Of a stretch of 64,000 bases of DNA, positions 8,011 through 16,755 are shown in pieces. Within the stretch, counting starts at the first letter, position 1. Each line of letters starts with the position of its first letter. The notes under the pieces were generated by a model. That model made no database searches and was not told the origin of the DNA. It worked only from the letters and a program-made list of their open reading frames with translations. The position numbers and the translations under genes are program-made. Source of the stretch: an uncultured Arcobacter sp. (GTDB lineage Bacteria > Campylobacterota > Campylobacteria > Campylobacterales > Arcobacteraceae); contig CBDLOJ010000007.1 in NCBI GenBank assembly GCA_965305115.1, forward strand, positions 29,723-93,722, read 5' to 3'.

Positions 8011-8035
8011 GGAGTTGAATCAAATGTTCAACTCC
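8011..8035. terminator. Hairpin downstream of adk (no clear U-tract)
   Basis: GGAGTTGAA-TCAAATG-TTCAACTCC forms a 9-bp stem. Confidence 0.35.
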
Positions 8036-8057
8036 CATATGGTCTTTAATTTAATGA

Positions 8058-8699
8058 TTATGAAATTGATGCAAACATATCAGCTGTTACTTCTGATACA
8101 TCTTTTGTTCCATCAAGTTCAACCATAACACCCATTTCAGTATAAAATGCGATTAATGGAGCTGTTTGTTCATGGTAAGCTCCTAGTCTACTTTTAACTG
8201 TTTCGGCATTGTCATCTTTTCTAATGATTAATTCACCACTACAGTAGTCACATACATCTTCAGTTTTTGAAGGATTAAAGTCAACATGAAAAGAAGCTCC
8301 ACAATCAGGACATACTCTTCTTCCAGTAATTCTTCCAACGATTAACTCATCTGGAACATTTAAAGATATAACTTTATCAAGTGAAATTCCCATGTTAGCC
8401 ATAAGCTCTTTTAATGCTTCTGCTTGTGCTAATGTTCGTGGGAATCCATCAAGAATAAACCCTTTTTTACAGTCATCTTCAGCGAGTCTATCTTTAATAA
8501 TACCAATGATTGTTGAATCAGGAACTAGCTTTCCTGCATCCATATAGTTCTTTGCTTCCATACCCATATCAGTTTTATCAGCGATTGCTGCTCTTAAAAT
8601 ATCACCTGTTGAGATTTGAGGGATATCATACTTTTCAATTAAAAATTTAGCTTGTGTACCTTTTCCTGCACCCGGAGCTCCAAATACCATTAAATTCAT
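8058..8699 (-). CDS. adk: Adenylate kinase (long form with Cys4 lid)
   Basis: GAPGAGKGTQ P-loop is present. The lid carries CPDCG...CDYC. Confidence 0.95.
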   Translation of the reverse strand: MNLMVFGAPGAGKGTQAKFLIEKYDIPQISTGDILRAAIADKTDMGMEAKNYMDAGKLVPDSTIIGIIKDRLAEDDCKKGFILDGFPRTLAQAEALKELMANMGISLDKVISLNVPDELIVGRITGRRVCPDCGASFHVDFNPSKTEDVCDYCSGELIIRKDDNAETVKSRLGAYHEQTAPLIAFYTEMGVMVELDGTKDVSEVTADMFASIS

Positions 8700-8869
8700 T
8701 TTCTAATTCCTTAGTGTTTCTTGTGCTGGAATTGTATAAAAAAAGTAGTTAATAACACATAATAGAGACATATTAAATAAAATAAATTAAGAATTTCCAA
8801 TACTAATTTAATAACTTAATCATTCCTACACACTTTTATTTTATAATATTTAAAAGAAAAAGGACTCTA

Positions 8870-9181
8870 ATGAATAGTTATCTTGAAGTTTTACAAGACA
8901 AAGCAAAAAAAATTGGTGCTAATATAGACGACTGTGGTTATGACAAAGATTGTATCAAAGAAGTATTAGCACAAAAGGTACGTTCAAATCTGGAAAATGA
9001 AGACTTTTCTACCATTAAGAAAAAAGCCATTGAAATTGAAGCCAATCTCTCAATCAACGATACGAAAGATTCACTTCTTGATGCAATAGAGGAGAAAGTA
9101 AAAACTATTTTAGAAGAAGAGAATGAACGTTATAGCAGTATTGAACTACAGCAAAACTTTATTCCCTTGGATTTAGGATAG
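8870..9181 (+). CDS. Hypothetical acidic protein with internal duplication
   Basis: 103-aa ORF. AKKIGANIDDCGYDKDCIKEVLAQKV and KKAIEIEANLSINDTKDSLLDAIEEKV look like two HeH/Rho-N-like repeats. Confidence 0.45.
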   Translation: MNSYLEVLQDKAKKIGANIDDCGYDKDCIKEVLAQKVRSNLENEDFSTIKKKAIEIEANLSINDTKDSLLDAIEEKVKTILEEENERYSSIELQQNFIPLDLG

Positions 9182-9192
9182 ATTAACCTGTT

Positions 9193-9618
9193 TTATTCTT
9201 CAAATAAATAAAAAATAGTTACCCCTACTCGTTTATCATAGGTTTCACTTTTTTTATCTTGAAATTTTGAAACAATTGCTCGCGCATTGATAAAAGAGTT
9301 TGCTGTATCAATTATCTCTTTTTTATCATCATTTGAAATCAATTTTTTATCATTTGTCTTACTGAATTTTTTTGCTTTTTCTTTATCACTAAATGTTACT
9401 TGAATAATATCAATACTACGTTTTACATCCAGTCTTGCTTTTTTCTTTTCATCATCAAATCGTAAAATTCGATTTCCATTAGAAGAGATTTTCATGGTTT
9501 TAGCAGTTTCAATGTCTTGAGTTGTTTCAAGTATCACATACTCTTTTCCATTAATTAAAATTTCATCATTCTCTAATAGTTTAATCTCTTTAATAATTGT
9601 TTTTTTACCCTTAGGCAT
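9193..9618 (-). CDS. Hypothetical protein
   Basis: 141-aa ORF, Lys/Asp-rich. No motif recognised. Confidence 0.45.
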   Translation of the reverse strand: MPKGKKTIIKEIKLLENDEILINGKEYVILETTQDIETAKTMKISSNGNRILRFDDEKKKARLDVKRSIDIIQVTFSDKEKAKKFSKTNDKKLISNDDKKEIIDTANSFINARAIVSKFQDKKSETYDKRVGVTIFYLFEE

Positions 9619-9631
9619 TTATATCCTTATA

Positions 9632-9646
9632 TTTTTTTGACATTAT
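9632..9646 (+). promoter_or_regulatory. Extended -10 promoter (TTTTTTTG-A-CATTAT) upstream of the acetyltransferase gene
   Basis: A T-run plus TG plus a -10-like hexamer, as described for Campylobacter-type sigma70 promoters. The same 15-mer occurs upstream of rpoD (29398-29412). Confidence 0.45.
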
Positions 9647-9743
9647 AGCGCATATTCACAACTTTACTCTTCTATTAAAATAAAAGCCGATTAAGTTGCT
9701 ATATTAATAACTATGTTACACTGCATTTATCATCAGGAGCCTT

Positions 9744-10379
9744 ATGAAACCTTACCATTTTGAAAACCAATTTTCATCACAACTTTTACATGAAACAGTC
9801 AATCATCCAAATATTGAGGTAGGAAAATTCTCTTACTATTCAGGATACTATCACAAACATGATTTTGTTGAGTGCGTTCGCTATTTACACGATAAACGAA
9901 AAGATGTAGATAGACTTATCATTGGTAACTACTGTTCTATTGGTTCAGGTGCAGTATTTATGATGGCAGGAAATCAAGGACATAGAAGTGACTGGATAAG
10001 TACTTTTCCCTTTTATTTTCAAGCCAATATTTTTAAAGACTCCAAAAATGGTTTTGAAAAAGTAGGCGATACTAAAATAGGTAATGACGTATGGATTGGT
10101 TCTGAAGCCATGATAATTCCAGGCATCACTATAGGTGATGGAGCTATTATAGCAGCCCGTGCAGTGGTTGTAAAAGATGTAGCTCCCTACACGGTTGTAG
10201 GTGGTAATCCAGCAACTATTATCAAAACACGATTTAATGAAAAACAAATAGAACAACTATTAACCATGAAATGGTGGACTTGGACAGAAGAAAAAGTCAA
10301 AGAGAGTATGCCTCTTATTTGTAGCAATAACATAGAAGCTTTATGGAACTATTGGGAAAAGAATAAAAACAGTTTATAA
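9744..10379 (+). CDS. catB: Type B (xenobiotic, hexapeptide-repeat) chloramphenicol O-acetyltransferase homolog
   Basis: It is collinear with my recollection of CatB/Vat proteins: NPNIEVGKFSYYSGYYH, IIGNYCSIGSG, MMAGNQGHRSDW, IGNDVWIGSEAMIIPGITIGDGAII, VVGGNPA and MKWWTW. Confidence 0.8.
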   Translation: MKPYHFENQFSSQLLHETVNHPNIEVGKFSYYSGYYHKHDFVECVRYLHDKRKDVDRLIIGNYCSIGSGAVFMMAGNQGHRSDWISTFPFYFQANIFKDSKNGFEKVGDTKIGNDVWIGSEAMIIPGITIGDGAIIAARAVVVKDVAPYTVVGGNPATIIKTRFNEKQIEQLLTMKWWTWTEEKVKESMPLICSNNIEALWNYWEKNKNSL

Positions 10380-10631
10380 AGAAGTTTTTCCTATAAGTTG
10401 TAGCTTTTTTTCTCGTGTAAGCTTTTTAATTTCATATTCACGTTTAGACGCACTACTTCTATCCGCTGAAGACTCTTTATAGAGTAGTTTTACAGGTCGT
10501 CTTGTCTTTGTATACTTTGCACCCTTATGGGAGTTATTATGCTCATCTAAGCGTTTTTGTACATCTTTAGTTATACCTGTGTACAAAGTTTCATCACTGC
10601 ACTCTAATATATAAACAAAATAAGACATCAA
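10374..10631 (-). CDS. GIY-YIG nuclease-domain protein (UPF0213-like)
   Basis: 85-aa ORF starting YFVYILECSDETLYTGITKDVQKRLDEHN. Confidence 0.8.
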   Translation of the reverse strand: MMSYFVYILECSDETLYTGITKDVQKRLDEHNNSHKGAKYTKTRRPVKLLYKESSADRSSASKREYEIKKLTREKKLQLIGKTSL

Positions 10632-10985
10632 TTACTGTTCAGATTCTTGCATAGTTTTCTTGGACGCTTCAATACTCGAAATCAAAACTTTTTTGCACTG
10701 GAAAACAAATAAAATTGTTAAAAAGAAAAAAACGATATTTATTATAAGTAATTCCGTATTTAAGCCACCCATACTTATACTTGACATGATTAGTAAACCG
10801 GTGAAGGCTATTACAAAAAATAACAATATCCTACTATATAATGAGAAAGATTTAGATGCAAACATTAAAAGTTTTATACTTGCATAAATATCACTATTCA
10901 TATAAGTTAACATATCATCACAACCTTTTACTTCTTTAATGTTGTCTGAAAATTCGTCTATTTCTTTATCTATTTTATTAAGCAT
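10632..10985 (-). CDS. Hypothetical membrane protein
   Basis: 117-aa ORF with two hydrophobic segments. Its stop abuts the start of the GIY-YIG gene. Confidence 0.5.
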   Translation of the reverse strand: MLNKIDKEIDEFSDNIKEVKGCDDMLTYMNSDIYASIKLLMFASKSFSLYSRILLFFVIAFTGLLIMSSISMGGLNTELLIINIVFFFLTILFVFQCKKVLISSIEASKKTMQESEQ

Positions 10986-11171
10986 TGATGTTCCTACATT
11001 TATAAATATTAGAAGAGTAGTTTACGCAAAGTTTCCAATAGTTATTATTAACTAGACTAAAAATTGTCCTAAAAAAGGCAAAAGAGTACACAAATTCTAA
11101 ACGAACCCTTTACGTCGTCTTCACAAAAATCCTATACAATACAAATAACGAAAAAGAAAAAAGGATTTAAA

Positions 11172-11525
11172 ATGAAAACGTTAACAACAACAATTGTAGG
11201 ATTAACTCTGTTTGCAGGAAGTGCTTTTGCACAAGATGGTTTTTCAGCATTTTTCCCAGCTGAAAATGTAGATACTCCCGATTACCTTATCCAAAAAGAT
11301 ATGAAGGTAGAAGGACATAAAACATTAGCTGTTTCAAGCATTAAAACAGGAACATTAACAGCTTTTTACCCAACTGAAAATGATGATACACCAACTTACT
11401 TAAGAGTTAATGATAAAGGTGAATCAATGGCTACAAGTATAGCACAGTCAGGTATTCAACACTGTACATTAACTGCTCTTTACCCAGAAGAAAACACTGA
11501 TGCGCGTGTAAACATCACGTGTTAA
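11172..11525 (+). CDS. Secreted small protein with three copies of an (F/L)xA(F/L)(F/Y)PxENxD motif
   Basis: The signal peptide is MKTLTTTIVGLTLFAGSAFA. The repeats are FSAFFPAENVDTPDYL, LTAFYPTENDDTPTYL and LTALYPEENTDARVNI. Confidence 0.6.
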   Translation: MKTLTTTIVGLTLFAGSAFAQDGFSAFFPAENVDTPDYLIQKDMKVEGHKTLAVSSIKTGTLTAFYPTENDDTPTYLRVNDKGESMATSIAQSGIQHCTLTALYPEENTDARVNITC

Positions 11526-11551
11526 ACGCAGTTAATATTTTGTCTCCTTAG

Positions 11552-11581
11552 AGAAGGGAAATGTTTTTCCCTTCTTTTTTT
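11552..11581 (+). terminator. Intrinsic terminator
   Basis: AGAAGGGAAA-TGTT-TTTCCCTTCT is followed by TTTTTT. Confidence 0.8.
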
Positions 11582-12158
11582 ATACGTGTAAACCTTTTAA
11601 TAATATCTTCTCTTCTTCAAGACTTAGGTAACGCCATTTTCCACTTTCAATATCAAGATTAAACGTCCCAATACGCACACGTGTTAGTGTCACAACTTTT
11701 AAGGGTGTTCCAAATTTTGGGTCTTTCATTGCACCAAACAGACGCCGTATATGACGGTTTTTCCCTTCGTCAATTTGTACTCTTAGTTTTGTTTTTGCTC
11801 CACCCATACCAATTTTTTCAACACTTAATGCTTTAAGCAGACCAAATTTACTCTCTACTCCATTCATTGCTTGAGTAATATGTTCTTTCGTTACATGTCC
11901 TCGAACCCAAATCTCATAGACTTTTATGCAACCACCAGGTTTTGTTAAAACATTACCAACTTGACCATCACGGGTAAACAACAATAGTCCACGGGATTCT
12001 AAGTCCAATCTACCAATAGGCATCCACTGGTCATCAAAAACCCACTGGGGCAAAAGATCATAAACCGTTTTTCGTCCACGTTCATCAGAACGAGTTACAA
12101 CATAACCCTTTGGTTTATTCAGTGCGAGTAGTTTTTGAGAATCAATTGTACTATTCAT
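11580..12158 (-). CDS. RsuA/RluB/RluE-family pseudouridine synthase lacking an S4 domain (RluE-like)
   Basis: 192-aa ORF with the GRLDLESRGLLLFT catalytic-Asp motif and NRHIRR. Confidence 0.8.
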   Translation of the reverse strand: MNSTIDSQKLLALNKPKGYVVTRSDERGRKTVYDLLPQWVFDDQWMPIGRLDLESRGLLLFTRDGQVGNVLTKPGGCIKVYEIWVRGHVTKEHITQAMNGVESKFGLLKALSVEKIGMGGAKTKLRVQIDEGKNRHIRRLFGAMKDPKFGTPLKVVTLTRVRIGTFNLDIESGKWRYLSLEEEKILLKGLHV

Positions 12159-12372
12159 TAGTTTATTCCTTGATATTATAAAAAAGTTAGTGAAATATAA
12201 TGGTGAGATTCTCTTATTTTAAAAATATAAAAAGTGTAAAGGTCAGAAAAATTACTATAACAAATGCATAGTCTCTATCATCATTTATAAAAATTACATT
12301 CTAGCGTAATAATAACTAAAGACAAGGAAGAGACTATATTGATAACTAAATGATGATAAGAGAACTAAGTAA

Positions 12373-12846
12373 TTACTTTAAATTCTGCTCATTCATTCGT
12401 TGTATAACAATTTCACTATCTATTCCTGCTGAATATCGATAAACCAATTCTCCGCCGCTTCGTCCTTGATATAGTGCTCCTAATAATGTGACTATTATCA
12501 GAAAAAGCGAAATATTTTCAAGCAAAGCAGACTCTTTAGAAATGGCAAACCATTTAGTAAGAGTAGTTGCAAACAGTGCAACAACGACAATAAATCCAAA
12601 CGTTTTATGGCTACTTAAAAAGGCCACGCCTTCTTGTAGAATTGTGTTATCTTCCATAATTCTTTGTGCATCATTGATACCACCAAGTACAGCAAAGATG
12701 GAAACTAAAAATGCAAAAGCTATAATACGAAAAGCAGCTTTAGAATAACTCTTATCTTTTGTCACCAAAAAGGTAAACTGAGAAAATAGAGCAACGACAG
12801 GCAAAGCAACGACAAAATGCACAAATGGCGGGTGTAAGAGATTCAT
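12373..12846 (-). CDS. Multi-pass membrane protein (DUF2231-like)
   Basis: 157-aa ORF with four hydrophobic segments and an N-terminal HPPFVHF. Confidence 0.5.
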   Translation of the reverse strand: MNLLHPPFVHFVVALPVVALFSQFTFLVTKDKSYSKAAFRIIAFAFLVSIFAVLGGINDAQRIMEDNTILQEGVAFLSSHKTFGFIVVVALFATTLTKWFAISKESALLENISLFLIIVTLLGALYQGRSGGELVYRYSAGIDSEIVIQRMNEQNLK

Positions 12847-12971
12847 TTTTAACCCTTTTTCGTTCTAAGATTGTTGTATACCTAGATATTAGTATTAATC
12901 AATTTAATCTACTCTTAAGAATAAAAATTGATTTAAGAAGAATTAAAGAGTTATAGTAGAGTTACCTCACA

Positions 12972-13241
12972 CTACTTTTTAGGTGGAGGTGGAGGCAAAA
13001 GAGAGTTAAAATCATAAGGAATAATTTCTCGTTCAATCTTTTCAGTAAAGTCATATAATTTGAAACAAACCCCAAAAAGAATAAACCACGCAAAGATATA
13101 GTTGATAATTGATACAGAAAATACCCAACCAATTAAAACACCAAGTATCCCTACAAGTATTAATAAAGTATCAACCTGTTTTGCTTTTGCTAAATTATAA
13201 TATTCGATAAATTGTTTTTTATATTTTTCTGTGTTGAACAT
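12972..13241 (-). CDS. Small 2-TM membrane protein, one copy of a repeated module
   Basis: 89-aa ORF. LLILVGILGVLIGWVFSVSIINYIFAWFILFGVCFKLYDF is paralogous to both halves of 13421..13867. Confidence 0.6.
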   Translation of the reverse strand: MFNTEKYKKQFIEYYNLAKAKQVDTLLILVGILGVLIGWVFSVSIINYIFAWFILFGVCFKLYDFTEKIEREIIPYDFNSLLPPPPPKK

Positions 13242-13284
13242 ATAGCTTCCGTATTTTATTTTGACAATATTACAATGAATGATA

Positions 13285-13298
13285 TTAGATTAATCTAA
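13285..13298. promoter_or_regulatory. Perfect 14-bp palindrome TTAGATTAATCTAA (candidate operator), copy 1
   Basis: It lies 44 nt upstream of the start at 13241, within a conserved block of about 40 bp shared with 13890-13925. Confidence 0.5.
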
Positions 13299-13390
13299 AT
13301 TTTTTATCATATTTTTTTTGATTTATTTTTTAGAATTAAAAAGTGGGGATTTAACACAAAGTGTAGTAGTTTAATGTTTGTGTTGAACTA

Positions 13391-13421
13391 AAAGAAAAGA
13401 GGTTTTTTCAAAAAACCCCTC
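13391..13421 (-). terminator. Intrinsic terminator after 13421..13867
   Basis: The minus strand reads GAGGGGTTTTTT-G-AAAAAACCTC followed by TTTTCTTT. Confidence 0.75.
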
Positions 13422-13867
13422 TATTCTTTAACCGTATTTGTTTTGTCCGCTTGAAAATTATAATCAAACAGTTTCATAGCAACACCAACGAGAATAAACC
13501 AAGCAAAAAGATGTTGAATAAATGAAATTGAAAAAATCCAACCAATTAAAACTCCAGCGATACCAATTTTAATTAATAAATTATCACCCTCATTTTGTTT
13601 GAATGCTTTATATTTTTCAGCTATTTCATCAACAAGCGTTTTTTTATTTTCCGTGTTTGGTTCAAATCGTTGTTGCTCTTTTTCAGCAAAATCATAGAGT
13701 TTCATACCAAATCCAAATAGAAGAACCCATGCAAATAGATATTGAATAAATGAGATTGAAAGAATCCAACCAATTACTACTCCACCAATTCCTATTTTAA
13801 TTAACAGGTCATCACCTTTTTTTTCTTTAAATGCTTTATAGTTTTGTTTTATTTCATTAATAATCAT
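13421..13867 (-). CDS. Small membrane protein made of two tandem copies of the 2-TM module
   Basis: 148-aa ORF. KYKAFKEKKGDDLLIKIGIGGVVIGWILSISFIQYLFAWVLLFGFGMKLYDF is followed by KYKAFKQNEGDNLLIKIGIAGVLIGWIFSISFIQHLFAWFILVGVAMKLFDY. Confidence 0.65.
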   Translation of the reverse strand: MIINEIKQNYKAFKEKKGDDLLIKIGIGGVVIGWILSISFIQYLFAWVLLFGFGMKLYDFAEKEQQRFEPNTENKKTLVDEIAEKYKAFKQNEGDNLLIKIGIAGVLIGWIFSISFIQHLFAWFILVGVAMKLFDYNFQADKTNTVKE

Positions 13868-13908
13868 AATATATCCCTTTTAGTCTATAAATATTACAAT
13901 GAAAAAAA

Positions 13909-13922
13909 TTAGATTAATCTAA
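13909..13922. promoter_or_regulatory. Perfect 14-bp palindrome TTAGATTAATCTAA (candidate operator), copy 2
   Basis: It lies 42 nt upstream of the start at 13867. Confidence 0.5.
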
Positions 13923-14094
13923 ATATTGTCTCATAAATATTTTGACTAATCTTGAAGTGAAGAAATGACTCATTGAAAATAAAACTTTTTCTTCTTTCCT
14001 ATTTATAAAAATATTATAAAATAAAATTGTCTCAAAATCAAAACCTTATTTTAGGTTTTTTTTATGGTATAATTTAATTATTTTGAGAGAAACT

Positions 14095-15717
14095 ATGAAA
14101 TCAAAAAAAACGAATCTTTTTCTTTTTGTTACTTTATATTTTACAATTGTTCTATTCTTTTTTACATCTAGTTACCAATTTTTTATAAATGATTTTGAAA
14201 AACTTGAGGAGAAACAGAATAGTAATAATATTCACACCATTTTATCCATAATTAATACTAATATTGAAAATATTAAAAATATCATAAACGATTACAGCAA
14301 ATGGGATGACACTTATAATTTCATAAAAACTTCAAATCCAGACTATATTTATGAAAACTTTAGAGAAGGTACAAATACTCTTGAAGATTTAAGTATAGAC
14401 TTTATTATTTATGCAACACTTAAAAACAAGGTAATATTTTCAAAGTATCTTGAGAATTCACCAATAAACAATACTAAAAACTTTGAAGACTTTCTTTTGA
14501 AAGAACTTCAAGTAAAAAATATACATACAGTTTTTCAATATAAATCTAAACTACTTTATTTAATCAAATCAGAAATAAAAAAAAGTGACTCTAGTGGAGA
14601 TAATAATGGCTATATCTTAAGCGGTAAATTTATAAGTCATAAGCATCTCAGTTCTATGACAAAAGTTTTTGAAAAACTTAAAATTACAAAGCTACAGTCA
14701 AACAATGATATTCAAATAGTTAATTTCCCCTTTTTAAAAAATACAAAAATTGATGTTTTATACAGTCATCATAAAATAATTAACAATGTTCAAATATTTA
14801 ACTCTTTAGGAAACTATGTTTTTTCGATATCTGCTGAAAATCAAAGAGATATCGTTAACAATGGACAAAATACAATATTTACATTTAACTTCCTCATGTC
14901 AATATTTCTGTTATTTATTTTTTATATTCTCTATAGAAATCAAGCTACTTTGGAACACATAGTCGAGGAAAAATCAAAAGAAATAATCGAACAACAGAAG
15001 GTTATTGCGCATCAGTCAAAAATGGCTTCTATGGGAGAAATGCTAGAAAATATAGCTCATCAATGGAGACAACCCTTAAGTATTATTTCAAGTGTCACTA
15101 CAGGTCTGCTATTTTACAAAAAATCAAATACTTTAAGTGATGAACAATTTAATAACTCGTTAGAAACTATTAATAAAACGACACACTATCTATCCAATAC
15201 AATTGATGATTTTAAAAACTATTTCCAAAAAGACAGAGAAAAAGAAAAATTTTATTTGGACAGTACTTTAAAGCACTCTTTACTACTGATTGATTCGCTA
15301 CTTATAAGTAATAATATCAAAGTTATTAAAAATTTTGAAAAAATAGAAGCTTATGGAATAAAGAATGAACTTATTCAAATATTTCTAAATATCATCAACA
15401 ATTCAATTGATGCATTTGTAGATAAAAAAGAGCTATCTGATAAAGTGATTACAATCGAAATTACAAAAGAACAAAGTGCTAGTCAAATTCTTTTTAGAGA
15501 TAATGCAGGTGGAATACCAGAAGAGATAATACATAGAGTATTTGAACCTTATTACACCACAAAACACAAATCTCAAGGTACCGGTATTGGTCTATATATG
15601 TCTTATGAAATTATTACTAAACGTATGAAGGGAAAGTTTCTTGTAAGAAATCGTACGTCTGTAATTAATAATAAAGAGTATACAGGTACAGAGTTCATAA
15701 TAAAAATACCACTTTGA
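14095..15717 (+). CDS. Sensor histidine kinase with CHASE4-like periplasmic domain
   Basis: The track ORF starts at TTG 14083. The ATG at 14095 (MKSKKTN) is more likely. DYSKWDDTYNF is CHASE4-like. The H-box is MGEMLENIAHQWRQPLS and the HATPase region has DNAGGIP...GTGIGLYMS. Confidence 0.85.
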   Translation: MKSKKTNLFLFVTLYFTIVLFFFTSSYQFFINDFEKLEEKQNSNNIHTILSIINTNIENIKNIINDYSKWDDTYNFIKTSNPDYIYENFREGTNTLEDLSIDFIIYATLKNKVIFSKYLENSPINNTKNFEDFLLKELQVKNIHTVFQYKSKLLYLIKSEIKKSDSSGDNNGYILSGKFISHKHLSSMTKVFEKLKITKLQSNNDIQIVNFPFLKNTKIDVLYSHHKIINNVQIFNSLGNYVFSISAENQRDIVNNGQNTIFTFNFLMSIFLLFIFYILYRNQATLEHIVEEKSKEIIEQQKVIAHQSKMASMGEMLENIAHQWRQPLSIISSVTTGLLFYKKSNTLSDEQFNNSLETINKTTHYLSNTIDDFKNYFQKDREKEKFYLDSTLKHSLLLIDSLLISNNIKVIKNFEKIEAYGIKNELIQIFLNIINNSIDAFVDKKELSDKVITIEITKEQSASQILFRDNAGGIPEEIIHRVFEPYYTTKHKSQGTGIGLYMSYEIITKRMKGKFLVRNRTSVINNKEYTGTEFIIKIPL

Positions 15718-15729
15718 TAAGTAGCATTT

Positions 15730-16074
15730 TTATTCAACTGTTTTAATATCTACAAGTTCCACGAAACACTCTTTTTTAAGTAGTTTCTTACTTGTTGCAT
15801 CATCTTCAGCAAGTGTTACAATATCTGCAAAATCATCTTTTAGTACGGCAAAGTTATGGTGTTCTTTGATGCTTTCTAATTTAATTTTATCCGTTAGTTC
15901 AGAATCAGTTACAATATCAATATTTCTATACCCTTTTGCAAACTCTGCTTTGATAACTTTAACTATCTTTTCATTTTTGAGTATCTCTTCTAAACTAATA
16001 GAGAGATTCAAATCATCTTTTTTAACAACCTTATATGTCACTTCAATATTACCATTCACGTTTTTTTCCTTCAC
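15730..16074 (-). CDS. Hypothetical protein
   Basis: 114-aa ORF. No motif recognised. Confidence 0.45.
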   Translation of the reverse strand: MKEKNVNGNIEVTYKVVKKDDLNLSISLEEILKNEKIVKVIKAEFAKGYRNIDIVTDSELTDKIKLESIKEHHNFAVLKDDFADIVTLAEDDATSKKLLKKECFVELVDIKTVE

Positions 16075-16282
16075 TAGGCTAATACCTCTATTTTATTTTT
16101 AGAAGTATAGTTGAAAAAAACGCTAATGTTTAAAAGTATTGCAGAATGTAAGCTTACTAAAAGTGATTAAAACTATTTGAGTATCTATAGATAAAATTCT
16201 CATTTTAAACTTTTAGAAGTTTGTTTAACTATAATTCAAATTGAACAATAATAAATTCTATCAAATAAAGAGAGTAAATTTA

Positions 16283-16738
16283 ATGAGATATGCCCATACA
16301 AATATTGCTGCAAAAGATTGGAAAAAAGTTGCAGATTTTTATATCAAGGTGTTTAAATGTACACCCAAACTACCCGAAAGAAACCTTAAAGGTGATTGGC
16401 TAGATAAAGCCACTGGTTTAAAAAATGCAAGACAATTTGGCATGCATTTAAATCTACCAGGATATGAAACCGATACAGCACCTACGCTAGAGATATTTAG
16501 TTATGATGAGTTAGTGCAAACCAATCCTATGATGGCAAACCATAGAGGTTTTACACATATCGCTTTTGAAGTTGACGATGTTGATGAAACCTTAGAGCAA
16601 ATAATAAAACATGGTGGCTCAAAATTGGGTGAAATAATTGAAAACCAAATCGAGGGTGTTGGAGTTATACGATTTACCTACTGTAGAGATTGTGAAGAGA
16701 ATATTATAGAGATACAGTCTTGGAAATATGAAAAATAA
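16283..16738 (+). CDS. VOC (glyoxalase/bleomycin-resistance/dioxygenase) family protein
   Basis: The track ORF starts at TTG 16241. The ATG at 16283 follows AAAGAGAG. MRYAHTNIAAKD...HIAFEVDD...IIEIQ is VOC-like. Confidence 0.7.
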   Translation: MRYAHTNIAAKDWKKVADFYIKVFKCTPKLPERNLKGDWLDKATGLKNARQFGMHLNLPGYETDTAPTLEIFSYDELVQTNPMMANHRGFTHIAFEVDDVDETLEQIIKHGGSKLGEIIENQIEGVGVIRFTYCRDCEENIIEIQSWKYEK

Positions 16739-16755
16739 AGTAAAGGAAGAATCCT

